The notes under the pieces were generated by a model. That model did no database searches. It was not told the origin of the DNA and saw only the letters and a list, made by a program, of their open reading frames with translations. Positions 9,470 to 18,339 of a stretch of 64,000 bases of DNA are shown here, piece by piece. Origin of the DNA: Candidatus Berkelbacteria bacterium (lineage in GTDB: Bacteria; Patescibacteriota; UBA1384; CAILIB01); the NCBI GenBank assembly GCA_043751595.1, contig JAYUZR010000042.1, forward strand, positions 270-64,269, in the 5' to 3' direction. Made by a program: the position numbers and the translations under genes. Numbering within the stretch: the first letter of the stretch is position 1; every line of letters begins with the position of its first letter.

Positions 9470-10252
9470 CTAGGGACGCAGGGTGCCAGCAAATACCTGC
9501 CAAGCAAGTAGGCTTTTTGCAATAAGAGAAAGCCAAATATAGCTACGCTCACCAAAGACGTAATCAGCAAACTTACCCACTTTCTTATACTGAAGCACCA
9601 TCGTGATTGCGAAGCAGTTAAAGAAGAGGAAAATTGAACCGTAAATATAGTAGACAAAGGTAGGAATCTCGCCCGCACCGTACTGCGCTGATGCCCAAAA
9701 GTAGATCGCCACTACAAGCCACGGAATAATACCCAAGAAGCAGCCGATATTGTAAGCAAGCCAATTAGGCTTTTCAGTGCGATTATAGACCTCCATTACT
9801 AAGCCCATCAGATTCATTCCACTCACCAAGCTAAAGAGCATAATCAAGCTTGCAAGATCGTACAGTCCAACCAGCATGGCGATGGCAACCATCATTATGC
9901 TGGCCGAAATGGTATATTCCCACCAACGAGCCTTATTAATACCTAAGGCAAGATCTTTCTCGTAAGTTGGGCGATACCAGGTGGCAATAGAGAAGTGCGC
10001 AATGGCACTAACGAAAAGAAAGGCAACAATAATCCAGGCAAGTGGCACCTGGGCGATCTCCTTACTTGTTAAAAAGAGTTTTTGTAGGGTTGGGTTAAAA
10101 TCAAGAAAAGCAACAGTGAGTGGAAGCTTAAACCCAGTAGCGAGCGAAAGCATGATAATGCCCTGTAGGGCGTGGAGAGTACCCATTACCAGGTTAAGCT
10201 TGCGTAAACTTGCTGGCTGAATCGTCTGGTCTTTGGTGTGATTGTTTTTCAT
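9470..10252 (-). CDS. heR: heliorhodopsin
   Basis: LHALQG, SAIAH, RWWEY and the retinal-binding Lys in SLIAKSLLAW. Start MKNN follows TATTAT-N6. Confidence 0.95.
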   Translation of the reverse strand: MKNNHTKDQTIQPASLRKLNLVMGTLHALQGIIMLSLATGFKLPLTVAFLDFNPTLQKLFLTSKEIAQVPLAWIIVAFLFVSAIAHFSIATWYRPTYEKDLALGINKARWWEYTISASIMMVAIAMLVGLYDLASLIMLFSLVSGMNLMGLVMEVYNRTEKPNWLAYNIGCFLGIIPWLVVAIYFWASAQYGAGEIPTFVYYIYGSIFLFFNCFAITMVLQYKKVGKFADYVFGERSYIWLSLIAKSLLAWQVFAGTLRP

Positions 10253-10288
10253 CACTAGATAATACCCGATCCAGGTACATTGTGTACT

Positions 10289-10328
10289 TGTTAGAAATAC
10301 TTGACATATTGTAATAAATTGATAACAT
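10289..10328 (+). promoter_or_regulatory. TTGACA/TAACAT promoter with two TGT-N12-ACA boxes (candidate XRE operator)
   Basis: tgttagaaatacttgaca and tgtaataaattgataaca lie between heR and the XRE gene. Confidence 0.5.
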
Positions 10329-10334
10329 GCGGCC

Positions 10335-10559
10335 ATGTCACTCTTTACTACTAACCTAAAAGACCACCGTGTCCTGGCCGGTCTTTCGCAAGAAGAGCTC
10401 GCCAAAACGGTTGGTGTAGTACGGCAGACCATCGCCTATCTCGAGAAGGGTGATTACATGCCGTCACTAGGGCTTGCCGTAAAGCTAGCGCAACTATTCG
10501 ATGTTTCTATCGACACTTTATTCACCTTTCCGCAGCTCGTTGAGCCGCGCCGTAAATAA
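10335..10559 (+). CDS. XRE family HTH transcriptional regulator
   Basis: LSQEELAKTVGVVRQTIAYLEKGDYMPS. Confidence 0.93.
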   Translation: MSLFTTNLKDHRVLAGLSQEELAKTVGVVRQTIAYLEKGDYMPSLGLAVKLAQLFDVSIDTLFTFPQLVEPRRK

Positions 10560-10564
10560 CACCC

Positions 10565-11536
10565 ATGGCTTCTAACGCCTTTTCTCGGAGTTGGTCTTTG
10601 TTCAAGTCTGGCCTCTCTATTTGCCAGAGTCACCCTAAGCTTATTTGGCTTCAGGCTGCATTTGCTGGGTTTGGTATGATCTACTTTTTACTTGTACAAC
10701 TGCCAATTGCCTTCTTTGGCGGATACATCTCTAAGGTGGTATTAGCTGGAGAATCCAACCTTCCCGCATGGGTCGATCGTCCCTACAATCCTTACATTTT
10801 CTGGCCAATCTTTGCGGTCAGCCTTATTGTTTGGATTTATCTTACCGTAAGTACCGGCATTGCCAGCTACCACGGGGTAAAACAAGCGCTTAATGGCGGG
10901 CATGTTTCCATTAGAGAATGCCTTGCCTTTGCCTGGGAGCGTCGTCGTCAGGCCATGAGCTGGAGCCTTCTAAGCGCAGCCGTTACCGGCCTTCGCTATC
11001 TCTTCCAGGAGCTAATTGAGAAGTTTACCGGCGGGCTTGCCGCCCCTCTTTTTGCCAAGATCCTGGTTTGGCTTGGATTTGCTGCAGCTGATACCGCCTG
11101 GGGTTTTGCAACCGTATTCGTCATTCCCGTTATCGCTGAAGAAGGAGTATACCCTGCCGAAGCGGTAAAGCGCTCTGCCGATACCTTTGGAAAAACCTGG
11201 ATGGGTAAGATGATTACCGATGCAACCGCAGGTACCATCATTGGGCTAGTTGCCCTTCTTGGCTACGTGATTATTATGGCGGGCGGAATGGCACTCGCCC
11301 TTGAGGTATTCAGCGGATCGGCAACAATTATTACTGTCGCCATTACCGGGTTCCTAGTTCTAGGATATACCCTAGCCTGTGTTGGTGTGGCGAACGTTAT
11401 CTCAGCCACCTATAACTCAGTACTTTACCGCTACGCCACTACCGGTGATGTAGTTGGGCCGTTCATGAGTGAGTACATTGTAAACGCCTACAAGCCAGCT
11501 CCTGAAAAGAAGATGTTCGGTGTTCGGATGCCGTAA
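10565..11536 (+). CDS. multi-pass membrane protein (DUF6159-like)
   Basis: FSRSW N-terminus, VIPVIAEE..AVKRS..TW and LYRYATTG. Confidence 0.7.
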   Translation: MASNAFSRSWSLFKSGLSICQSHPKLIWLQAAFAGFGMIYFLLVQLPIAFFGGYISKVVLAGESNLPAWVDRPYNPYIFWPIFAVSLIVWIYLTVSTGIASYHGVKQALNGGHVSIRECLAFAWERRRQAMSWSLLSAAVTGLRYLFQELIEKFTGGLAAPLFAKILVWLGFAAADTAWGFATVFVIPVIAEEGVYPAEAVKRSADTFGKTWMGKMITDATAGTIIGLVALLGYVIIMAGGMALALEVFSGSATIITVAITGFLVLGYTLACVGVANVISATYNSVLYRYATTGDVVGPFMSEYIVNAYKPAPEKKMFGVRMP

Positions 11537-11556
11537 ACCAGGATTTATTGGATTTC

Positions 11557-11588
11557 AAAAGAGGACCGTCCAAAGACGGTCCTCTTTT
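11557..11588. terminator. bidirectional intrinsic terminator
   Basis: aaaagaggaccgtc-caaa-gacggtcctctttt between convergent genes. Confidence 0.85.
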
Positions 11589-11615
11589 CTTTTGACTCTC
11601 CTCATTTACCTGGCC

Positions 11616-12155
11616 CTACCTTTGACAGAGCTCAAGCATCGCCTCAACGAATAGTATTGCCTCACGTAATAACTTATCTTCAACTAAACCAGAGGGATGT
11701 GCGCCAATTAACTTCATTTGCTCAAAAGTAACCGCCGTTGCCTTCAAGTTATTAAAGGGTAACGAAATTACTCCTGGACTGAGCTCATTACAGCAGAAGA
11801 CCCTTTTTCTCTGACTTGTCTCATCGGTAAACCACGCCTGCCAAACCCAGGTCAAGGGACTGGCCTTACCACTACTACCCTCAACCAACGTAGCTACAAA
11901 TACTAGATCATGATCTTCTCCGCCAATATTTTGGTGAGCCTTAACCGTGATCTGCCGATACTTACCTTCAGGAAGAAGTCTTTCAGCGGCCTGTGCCTGC
12001 GTAAAGAATCCCTCCTCAAGAGTAATCCAGGAGGATCCTACCTCAGCCTGATCATTTGGAACCCTAATCGCCAAACCTCCTACAGTCGGTGAGGCAAGCA
12101 GGCCCTTAGCACAGGCGAGTACAGCACGTAATGTGGCAGCATAATTAACATTCAT
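11616..12155 (-). CDS. hypothetical protein
   Basis: 179-aa ORF with its own promoter (TTGAAA-17-TAAACC) and an AAGGA SD-like site. Confidence 0.65.
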   Translation of the reverse strand: MNVNYAATLRAVLACAKGLLASPTVGGLAIRVPNDQAEVGSSWITLEEGFFTQAQAAERLLPEGKYRQITVKAHQNIGGEDHDLVFVATLVEGSSGKASPLTWVWQAWFTDETSQRKRVFCCNELSPGVISLPFNNLKATAVTFEQMKLIGAHPSGLVEDKLLREAILFVEAMLELCQR

Positions 12156-12290
12156 CTTTTATTTCCTTGCCCCGCACCCGACTGTATCGGGTATTTTTGG
12201 TGACGGATGGGGTTTAGCATATTCTTCAAAAGATTTCAAGAAGCCAGACAGCCTTCCCCTCTTTCCCTAGCCTGCTACACTAATCGGGCC

Positions 12291-13817
12291 ATGAACCACC
12301 CTACCTTCAAACAAGTTGCACTTATCATTCTCGATGGCTGGGGCCACCGAGAAGATGCTAAAGATAATGCTGTTGCCGCAGCCAAAACCCCTGTATTCGA
12401 TCACATCTGGGAAACCAATCCACGCTCCCTCCTTCAGGCTAGCGGCGAAGCTGTCGGTTTACCCGAGGGCCAGATGGGCAATAGCGAAATTGGCCACACC
12501 ACCATCGGTGCCGGGCGGCCACTAGCCACCGATCTTGTCCGTATTAACAAAGCTATTTCTGATGGCACGTTCGCCGAAAACGAAACCATCAATATCCTCT
12601 TCGCTCACGTTGCCGAGCACGGCAGCACGCTGCATATTTTTGGGCAGACTAGCGATGGAGGAGTGCATTCCCATCACGGCCATCTTTTTGGCCTTCTTCG
12701 GGCTGCTAAACAAAAAGGAGTTACCCGCATCGCCATTCACGCCTTTACCGATGGCCGCGATACCGCTCCACAAAGCGGATCAGGCTACCTTAAAGAGCTT
12801 GAGGCAGTACTAGAAGAAGTAGGAATCGGACGCATTGCAAGCCTCTCTGGCCGCTATTACGCCATGGATCGCGATAACAACTGGCACCGCCTGGCCAAGG
12901 TAGAAGATGCTATTTATCACGGCACCGCCCCATCACACCGCCAAAAGCCTTCAGAAGTAGTTGCCGAGCTCTATAAGCTCGATAAAGTAGATGAACACCT
13001 CGAGCCAATCGTCTTCCTAGACGAAACAGGTAAGACCACTACCCTCGAAAAGCACGATGCCTGTTTTGTCTTTAACTTCCGCTCAGATCGCGCTCGCCTA
13101 CTTACTATTCGCTTGCAAGAAAAGGCTAAGGAGCTCGATCTACTCGTGGGTACCATGACCCAATACGATCCCACCTATAGCGTACTCGTAGCCTTTCCAC
13201 CTCAAACCATCGAGACTACTCTAGCGGCCGAAGTCTCTGCAGCTGGCCTTACGCAGGCGCACTTGGCCGAGACGGAGAAGTTTCCGCACGCCACCTACTT
13301 CTTAAACGGTGGACGAGAAAAGCCGCATGAAGGCGAGGTACATGTAATGCTTGATAGCCGCAAAGATGTTGCCACGCACGATCAAGCACCAGAGATGCGA
13401 GCTGAAGCCATCGCAGATAAAGCCATCGAGCAAATTAACGAAGGTAAGAACTTTATCTTCATTAACTTTGCCAATCCAGATATGGTCGGCCACACCGCTA
13501 ATGTGCCAGCTATCATTACTGCCCTTCAGGTAGTTGATGCGCAACTTGGCCGCGTCTTAACTGCCCTTCAAGAAAATGGTGGAGTAGCACTAGTAACTGC
13601 CGATCACGGCAACGCCGAAATAAACATTGATCAAGCCACTGGCGAGCGCCACACTGCCCATACCCTAAGCCTGGTACCCTGCATCCTTGTAGGTGCACCA
13701 GCCGGCAATCAGGTGCGCGCAGAGGGCACCTTGGCCGATCTTGCTCCCACTACTCTCTCCTTACTAGGACTTAAGACGCCTGAGAGCATGACGGGAACCA
13801 GTCTTCTAGAGAACTAG
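12291..13817 (+). CDS. gpmI: 2,3-bisphosphoglycerate-independent phosphoglycerate mutase
   Basis: ILDGWG, MGNSEIGH, GRYYAMDRD, DMVGHT and TADHGNAE motifs. Confidence 0.97.
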   Translation: MNHPTFKQVALIILDGWGHREDAKDNAVAAAKTPVFDHIWETNPRSLLQASGEAVGLPEGQMGNSEIGHTTIGAGRPLATDLVRINKAISDGTFAENETINILFAHVAEHGSTLHIFGQTSDGGVHSHHGHLFGLLRAAKQKGVTRIAIHAFTDGRDTAPQSGSGYLKELEAVLEEVGIGRIASLSGRYYAMDRDNNWHRLAKVEDAIYHGTAPSHRQKPSEVVAELYKLDKVDEHLEPIVFLDETGKTTTLEKHDACFVFNFRSDRARLLTIRLQEKAKELDLLVGTMTQYDPTYSVLVAFPPQTIETTLAAEVSAAGLTQAHLAETEKFPHATYFLNGGREKPHEGEVHVMLDSRKDVATHDQAPEMRAEAIADKAIEQINEGKNFIFINFANPDMVGHTANVPAIITALQVVDAQLGRVLTALQENGGVALVTADHGNAEINIDQATGERHTAHTLSLVPCILVGAPAGNQVRAEGTLADLAPTTLSLLGLKTPESMTGTSLLEN

Positions 13818-13830
13818 GCTTTTAGCCATA

Positions 13831-13862
13831 AGAAAAGCCAGCCCTTTCGGACTGGCTTTTCT
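13831..13862. terminator. bidirectional intrinsic terminator
   Basis: agaaaagccag...ctggcttttct. Confidence 0.8.
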
Positions 13863-13936
13863 CTTACTGTCAGTGATTATTTTTCCCGCGTATCTGCGGC
13901 TTTGCCGCAGGCCTAGCGGGGAAAATAGATCACGCT

Positions 13937-15421
13937 CTAGAATCCGCCTTCAACAAACTTCTTTGGACCCTTGCGGCGTGGGTTATCAAACCGAATCTTA
14001 GAAGGAGCTGCTGGCTGAGAAGGAGCCTTAGAGAAGGTAAATCCTGGACCTACTTCTGGACCATCGGTGCGGTGATCAGGGTGCTGATCTGGGCGACGAG
14101 GGGCACTACTACCGTAGCCACCACTGGAAGCGCCAAAGCGTCCGCCGCCACGACTGAATCCGCCGGAGCGAGGAGCCGCAGGAGCGTATCCGCCTCCGCC
14201 AAAACTACTACCTCCGCCACCAAAGCGACTTCGACCACCGGTGCGACCACGACCACCTCCGCCACCTGCACGAGCGTACAAAGGACGAGGAAGTGAGATG
14301 TCTAGCGTAGCTAGCTCTTTTCGGATTAGGCGCTCGATAGCTGAAAGCTCGCGAGGTTGCTGAGGAGTAACAAAGCTAATAGCACGACCTTTTTGGCCAG
14401 CACGACCAGTTCGACCAATACGGTGAACGTAATCTTCTGGAGTCTCAGGAAGATCGAAGTTAAGTACGAGGGCAATACCCTGTACATCGATTCCGCGAGA
14501 CGCTACATCGGTAGCCACCAAAATCTGGTGGATACCTTGCTTGAAGCCATCAAGGGCACGACGACGCTCCCAAAGGGTGCGGTCTCCGTGGATTTCTTCG
14601 GCTTGGTAGCCAGCATCGCGAAGCATGCGGGTAAGACGGTTTGCACCGTGCTTAGTACGAGAGAAAACAAGGGTTGAACCTTTTTCAGTACGTAGTACTT
14701 GATCGAGGCGCTCAAACTTATCATCCTGCTCAACTACACATAGCCACTGCTCGATATCTACATTGCTGGTTCCAGCAGATGCAAGGGCAATTTCTTGAGG
14801 ATTAACCAAGAACTCGTTAGCCAGCTGACGAACTTCTCCTGGCATGGTAGCCGAGAAAAGCAGGGTCTGACGGGTTTTAGGAGTCTGACTTACTACCTCA
14901 CGAATTTGAGGAGCAAATCCCATATCTAGCATGCGATCGGCTTCGTCTAGTACGAGAACAGAGACTTTATCGAGAGAAGGAATTAAACGCTGCTGAAGAA
15001 CATCTTTAAGACGACCAGGAGTAGCAACAATAATACGAGGGCGAAGACGCTCGAAATCGCGCATTTGGCGACCAATTGGCACACCACCAATAAGACAAGC
15101 GGTACGAGGAGCGTTGCGGAGATAAATAGTAATCTCGTGCAGGCTTTCTTCGATCTGAATCGCTAGCTCGCGAGTAGGAGCCAAAATAAGGGCCCATTCA
15201 TCGTTATTGAGAAGCTTCTCGAGAATTGGCAAGCCAAAAGCGAAGGTTTTACCGGTACCAGTTTGCGCAATTCCGATAAGATCGGAGCCAGCGCGGGCAA
15301 CAGGAATAGCCTCTGCCTGAATGGTAGTGGCGGTGATGAATCCAGCTTTGTTTAGAGGCTGAAGAAGTTGATCTGGCAAGCCAAGATCAGCAAAAGATAC
15401 TTTTTGGTCTGTAGTGGACAC
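13937..15421 (-). CDS. DEAD-box RNA helicase with RGG-rich tail
   Basis: AQTGTGKT, PTRELA, DEAD, SAT and HRIGRTGR motifs. Confidence 0.97.
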   Translation of the reverse strand: MSTTDQKVSFADLGLPDQLLQPLNKAGFITATTIQAEAIPVARAGSDLIGIAQTGTGKTFAFGLPILEKLLNNDEWALILAPTRELAIQIEESLHEITIYLRNAPRTACLIGGVPIGRQMRDFERLRPRIIVATPGRLKDVLQQRLIPSLDKVSVLVLDEADRMLDMGFAPQIREVVSQTPKTRQTLLFSATMPGEVRQLANEFLVNPQEIALASAGTSNVDIEQWLCVVEQDDKFERLDQVLRTEKGSTLVFSRTKHGANRLTRMLRDAGYQAEEIHGDRTLWERRRALDGFKQGIHQILVATDVASRGIDVQGIALVLNFDLPETPEDYVHRIGRTGRAGQKGRAISFVTPQQPRELSAIERLIRKELATLDISLPRPLYARAGGGGGRGRTGGRSRFGGGGSSFGGGGYAPAAPRSGGFSRGGGRFGASSGGYGSSAPRRPDQHPDHRTDGPEVGPGFTFSKAPSQPAAPSKIRFDNPRRKGPKKFVEGGF

Positions 15422-15544
15422 GAAGCAACTGCTAGGGATGTGCGCCGCCAGGAAAATCCCCCTAGAAGCGCGTAATGAACAGCAAGGTTATAACACATCT
15501 CCCCAGATCGCGCTAGGGCTTAAGTGCAGAATACCTTCTTGAAG

Positions 15545-17143
15545 CTACTTGTGGGAATTGCTCTTCACTATATGCGCCTTGGCAAAGGCTGCATCGCCCT
15601 CTACCTTCTTACCAGGATTCATAATATTGAGCGGGTCGAAAAGCTCTTTTACCTGGGCAAAGAGGGCAACCATCTCTTTTCCGTACATGCGCTCCAGGAA
15701 CATTGTGCGAATTAAGCCATCATTGTGGTCCACACTCATGCTCCCTCCAAAGGCAAAGACGAGATCATACACCCGGCGGGAAAGCTCCATAATGTGGTCA
15801 GCTGCATCGGGCGCTTCCATATTACAAAGCGGAACCAAGCGGATACTTCCGTCGCCAATATGGCCGGCATAGGTGTAGGTCATGTTGTACTCGCCAAGAA
15901 TTACCTCAAGCGCTGCCAAGAACTCGCCGTAGTGATCGATCGGCACAATCGTATCTTCTAAGAAGGCTAGTGCGCGCTCACCCGGATGAGGGTGATCCAG
16001 CAGCATCTTAAAGCTCTTGCGGCGAATAAGCAGGAAGCTCTCTACGGCCTCGGGAGTTTCAATCCAGGTAACCTCGCGACTCAGCCCTTCAAGCGCCACC
16101 TTGGCCTCGGTGGCCTTAGCATCCGCCTCGGCTTGATCCTGCCCGGCGTAAATAGCAAAGACAATCATATGCTTGCCGTCAGCCGCATTCGCGCGGGCTG
16201 CATCTTCTGGATGATAGATTTTGGCAAGATCGTAGGTGTTGCTATCGAAGGTTTCGCAGGTATCTGGCGTAAACTTGAGCATGGTCTGCACCGATTCTGC
16301 CAGCTGAGAAAGATCGGTAATGGGCACCACAATCATGCGCTGAGCAGGTGCAAAGGGGATCAGCTTAAGTACGGCCTCGGTGGTAAACCCAAGCGTACCC
16401 TGGGAACCTACGAATAGCCGAGAAAGATTAAAGATGGTTTTATCTTCGTTCCATAGCTCCCACAGAGCGTAGCCAGCGGCGTTCTTTTTTACGCGAGGAT
16501 GATTGCGGTCGATAAGATATTCATTATCCTCGAGTAGCTTGACGATTTCTCGGTAGATATTGCCCTCGTGCGAGTGCTCGGCGCACTTTGCCGCCAACTG
16601 CTCGCGGGTGAGTGGACCAAACTCGTACTCTTCGCCATCGGCCAATAACACCTTGAGCGACTCTACATTGGCGCTGGTAGGACCAAAACGGACCGACTTT
16701 TCCCCTGAAGCATTATTACCGATCATGCCGCCAATTCCGCAGATATCGCGGGAAGAAGTGTAGGGAGCAAAGAGCAGCTTGTGCGGATGCGTAGCCGCCT
16801 CAACCTGAAGGTGCATCGTGCCTCCGCCTACGCGAATGGTCATCGTCTCTTTATTGGCCTCTTCTACAGCGTTAAAATGGCGCGACATATCGACTACCCA
16901 ACTTTCGGTAAGGGGGCCGCCCGACATACAGGTGCCGCCGGTGCGCGGAGTAAGCGAAATCTTGGCACCATCGAGCGTCTTACGCGTGGCATAGCGCACC
17001 AACGTTTTAAGATCTTCCACATCGCGCGGGAAGACTACTCCTTCTGGGCGCACCTCGAAGATACTGGCATCGTGACTGTATTTTTGGAGGACCTCTTCGT
17101 TTGTCTCAATCTCTCCCCGAAGAAGCTGCTGAAGCTGATCCAT
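15545..17143 (-). CDS. FAD-linked oxidoreductase (GlcD/D-lactate dehydrogenase-like)
   Basis: RTGGT, IGGMIGNNASG, GSQGTLG, HIGDG, DHNDG and FDPLNIMNPGK motifs. Confidence 0.9.
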   Translation of the reverse strand: MDQLQQLLRGEIETNEEVLQKYSHDASIFEVRPEGVVFPRDVEDLKTLVRYATRKTLDGAKISLTPRTGGTCMSGGPLTESWVVDMSRHFNAVEEANKETMTIRVGGGTMHLQVEAATHPHKLLFAPYTSSRDICGIGGMIGNNASGEKSVRFGPTSANVESLKVLLADGEEYEFGPLTREQLAAKCAEHSHEGNIYREIVKLLEDNEYLIDRNHPRVKKNAAGYALWELWNEDKTIFNLSRLFVGSQGTLGFTTEAVLKLIPFAPAQRMIVVPITDLSQLAESVQTMLKFTPDTCETFDSNTYDLAKIYHPEDAARANAADGKHMIVFAIYAGQDQAEADAKATEAKVALEGLSREVTWIETPEAVESFLLIRRKSFKMLLDHPHPGERALAFLEDTIVPIDHYGEFLAALEVILGEYNMTYTYAGHIGDGSIRLVPLCNMEAPDAADHIMELSRRVYDLVFAFGGSMSVDHNDGLIRTMFLERMYGKEMVALFAQVKELFDPLNIMNPGKKVEGDAAFAKAHIVKSNSHK

Positions 17144-17218
17144 GTAAAGTGCTGTGGAATTGGTAAAATGTACAGTCGCATTGTACCGCGCCTAGGAGCA
17201 GAGTTTCCACCCTCAAAG

Positions 17219-17353
17219 ATGAAGAAGTCCCATTCTTCCCCGCTGGAGCCGGAAACCTTGCCAGCTAACTTTGTACCCTCGAGGCGTTTCATCTGGGAGC
17301 CTACGCACCCGCCCTTGCCACTAAGAGCACCCCCTGTCAGTAATGAGGAGTGA
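17219..17353 (+). CDS. candidate leader peptide ending LRAPPVSNEE
   Basis: Its stop overlaps the sigma factor GTG. Alternative start at 17168. Confidence 0.35.
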   Translation: MKKSHSSPLEPETLPANFVPSRRFIWEPTHPPLPLRAPPVSNEE

Positions 17354-18036
17354 AGTTTACACGCCCTAAGCTGCTCGCCAAGCGAGAAATTCCCTCCGAA
17401 GAAGAGATTGCGGCTAACCCGGCTATTCCAGATGAGCAACTCGCTCACGATAGTGTTACCCAGCCTCGCTTCTTTGGAGCGCTTATGCGCCGGTACGAGT
17501 CTCGCCTATTATCGTATATCCGAAAAATCGCTCCCGCTGCCAGCGAAGATGCCGAAGATATCCTGCAAGAATCATTTACCAAGGCCTACGAACACCTCCC
17601 CACCTTCGAGGAACGTCCCAGCAAGTTCTCGGCCTGGATCTATACCATTGTTCGCAATCAAACCATGAGTGTCCTGCGGCGTAAGAGCCACCGCCCCCAG
17701 GTGGTGCCCGAATTATTAGAAGAAGAATCACTAATTAATTCCCTGCCGAGTGAGGAAAATATCGTGGAGGCTGCCATTGTTAAAGATGAAGGAAACCGTC
17801 TACTAAACCTCCTTAATCGATTAAAGCCCGAGTACCGAAAAGTGCTCCGCATGCGCTATATCGAAGAAATGGAATATCAAGAAATTGCTGCCACCCTTAA
17901 GGTACCAAAGGCGACCGTGGCTACCAGAATTAAGCGCGGCTTAGCCCAACTAAAAGCACAGATTCAAACAAAGAAAGAAGCTCCAGAAGTTGTTAAGAAG
18001 AAGGTTAAACGCGGTGGTGTGAAACAAAAAAGGTAG
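17350..18036 (+). CDS. ECF RNA polymerase sigma factor
   Basis: DAEDILQE, FSAWIYTIVRN and YQEIA...TVATRIKR. No obvious anti-sigma gene follows. Confidence 0.92.
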   Translation: MKFTRPKLLAKREIPSEEEIAANPAIPDEQLAHDSVTQPRFFGALMRRYESRLLSYIRKIAPAASEDAEDILQESFTKAYEHLPTFEERPSKFSAWIYTIVRNQTMSVLRRKSHRPQVVPELLEEESLINSLPSEENIVEAAIVKDEGNRLLNLLNRLKPEYRKVLRMRYIEEMEYQEIAATLKVPKATVATRIKRGLAQLKAQIQTKKEAPEVVKKKVKRGGVKQKR

Positions 18037-18100
18037 CCATAGCGTTTAGAGTGTGACGGTTGAGCTCCCGTCATCACCATCTCATTAGTAACGCACGGCA

Positions 18101-18244
18101 ATGTTCACCACCCGATACGCGTCTTCAAAACTCGCTTTCGCCCTGCGCCTTACCGCTCAAACCATTCATAGCACCTCGACGCAACTCACCAATACGCCCT
18201 CCCCTGTTGCTTCCCGGCAGCCTCTGCGGATGACGCCTCCATAG
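18101..18244 (+). CDS. candidate 47-aa Ser/Thr/Pro-rich peptide
   Basis: Hand translated MFTTRYASSK...QPLRMTPP* in a 300-bp gap. Confidence 0.25.
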   Translation: MFTTRYASSKLAFALRLTAQTIHSTSTQLTNTPSPVASRQPLRMTPP

Positions 18245-18291
18245 CAACCCGTCTCCGCTGATTACAATAAGAAGGGGTTCCTCCTCCTTAC

Positions 18292-18317
18292 AAAACGCCC
18301 AGAAATCTGGGCGTTTT
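18292..18317. terminator. bidirectional intrinsic terminator
   Basis: aaaacgcccaga-aa-tctgggcgtttt. Confidence 0.8.
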
Positions 18318-18339
18318 AAATAGGCAGAAGAGCCGAGCA

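Noticed and set aside
10253-10432. 60-aa N-terminal extension of heliorhodopsin in the ORF track
   Set aside because: It overlaps the XRE gene and promoters; TATTAT-N6-ATG supports a start at 10252.
13876-13930. Long hairpin downstream of the helicase as an ncRNA
   Set aside because: It is adequately explained as a 3' UTR stabiliser next to the terminator.
14050-14296. Low-complexity alternative-frame ORFs (Val/Ala-rich and Thr-rich)
   Set aside because: They are shadows of the Gly/Arg-rich helicase tail.
18040-18290. RNase P, tmRNA or SRP RNA in the gap after the sigma factor
   Set aside because: I could not find their conserved sequence elements on either strand.
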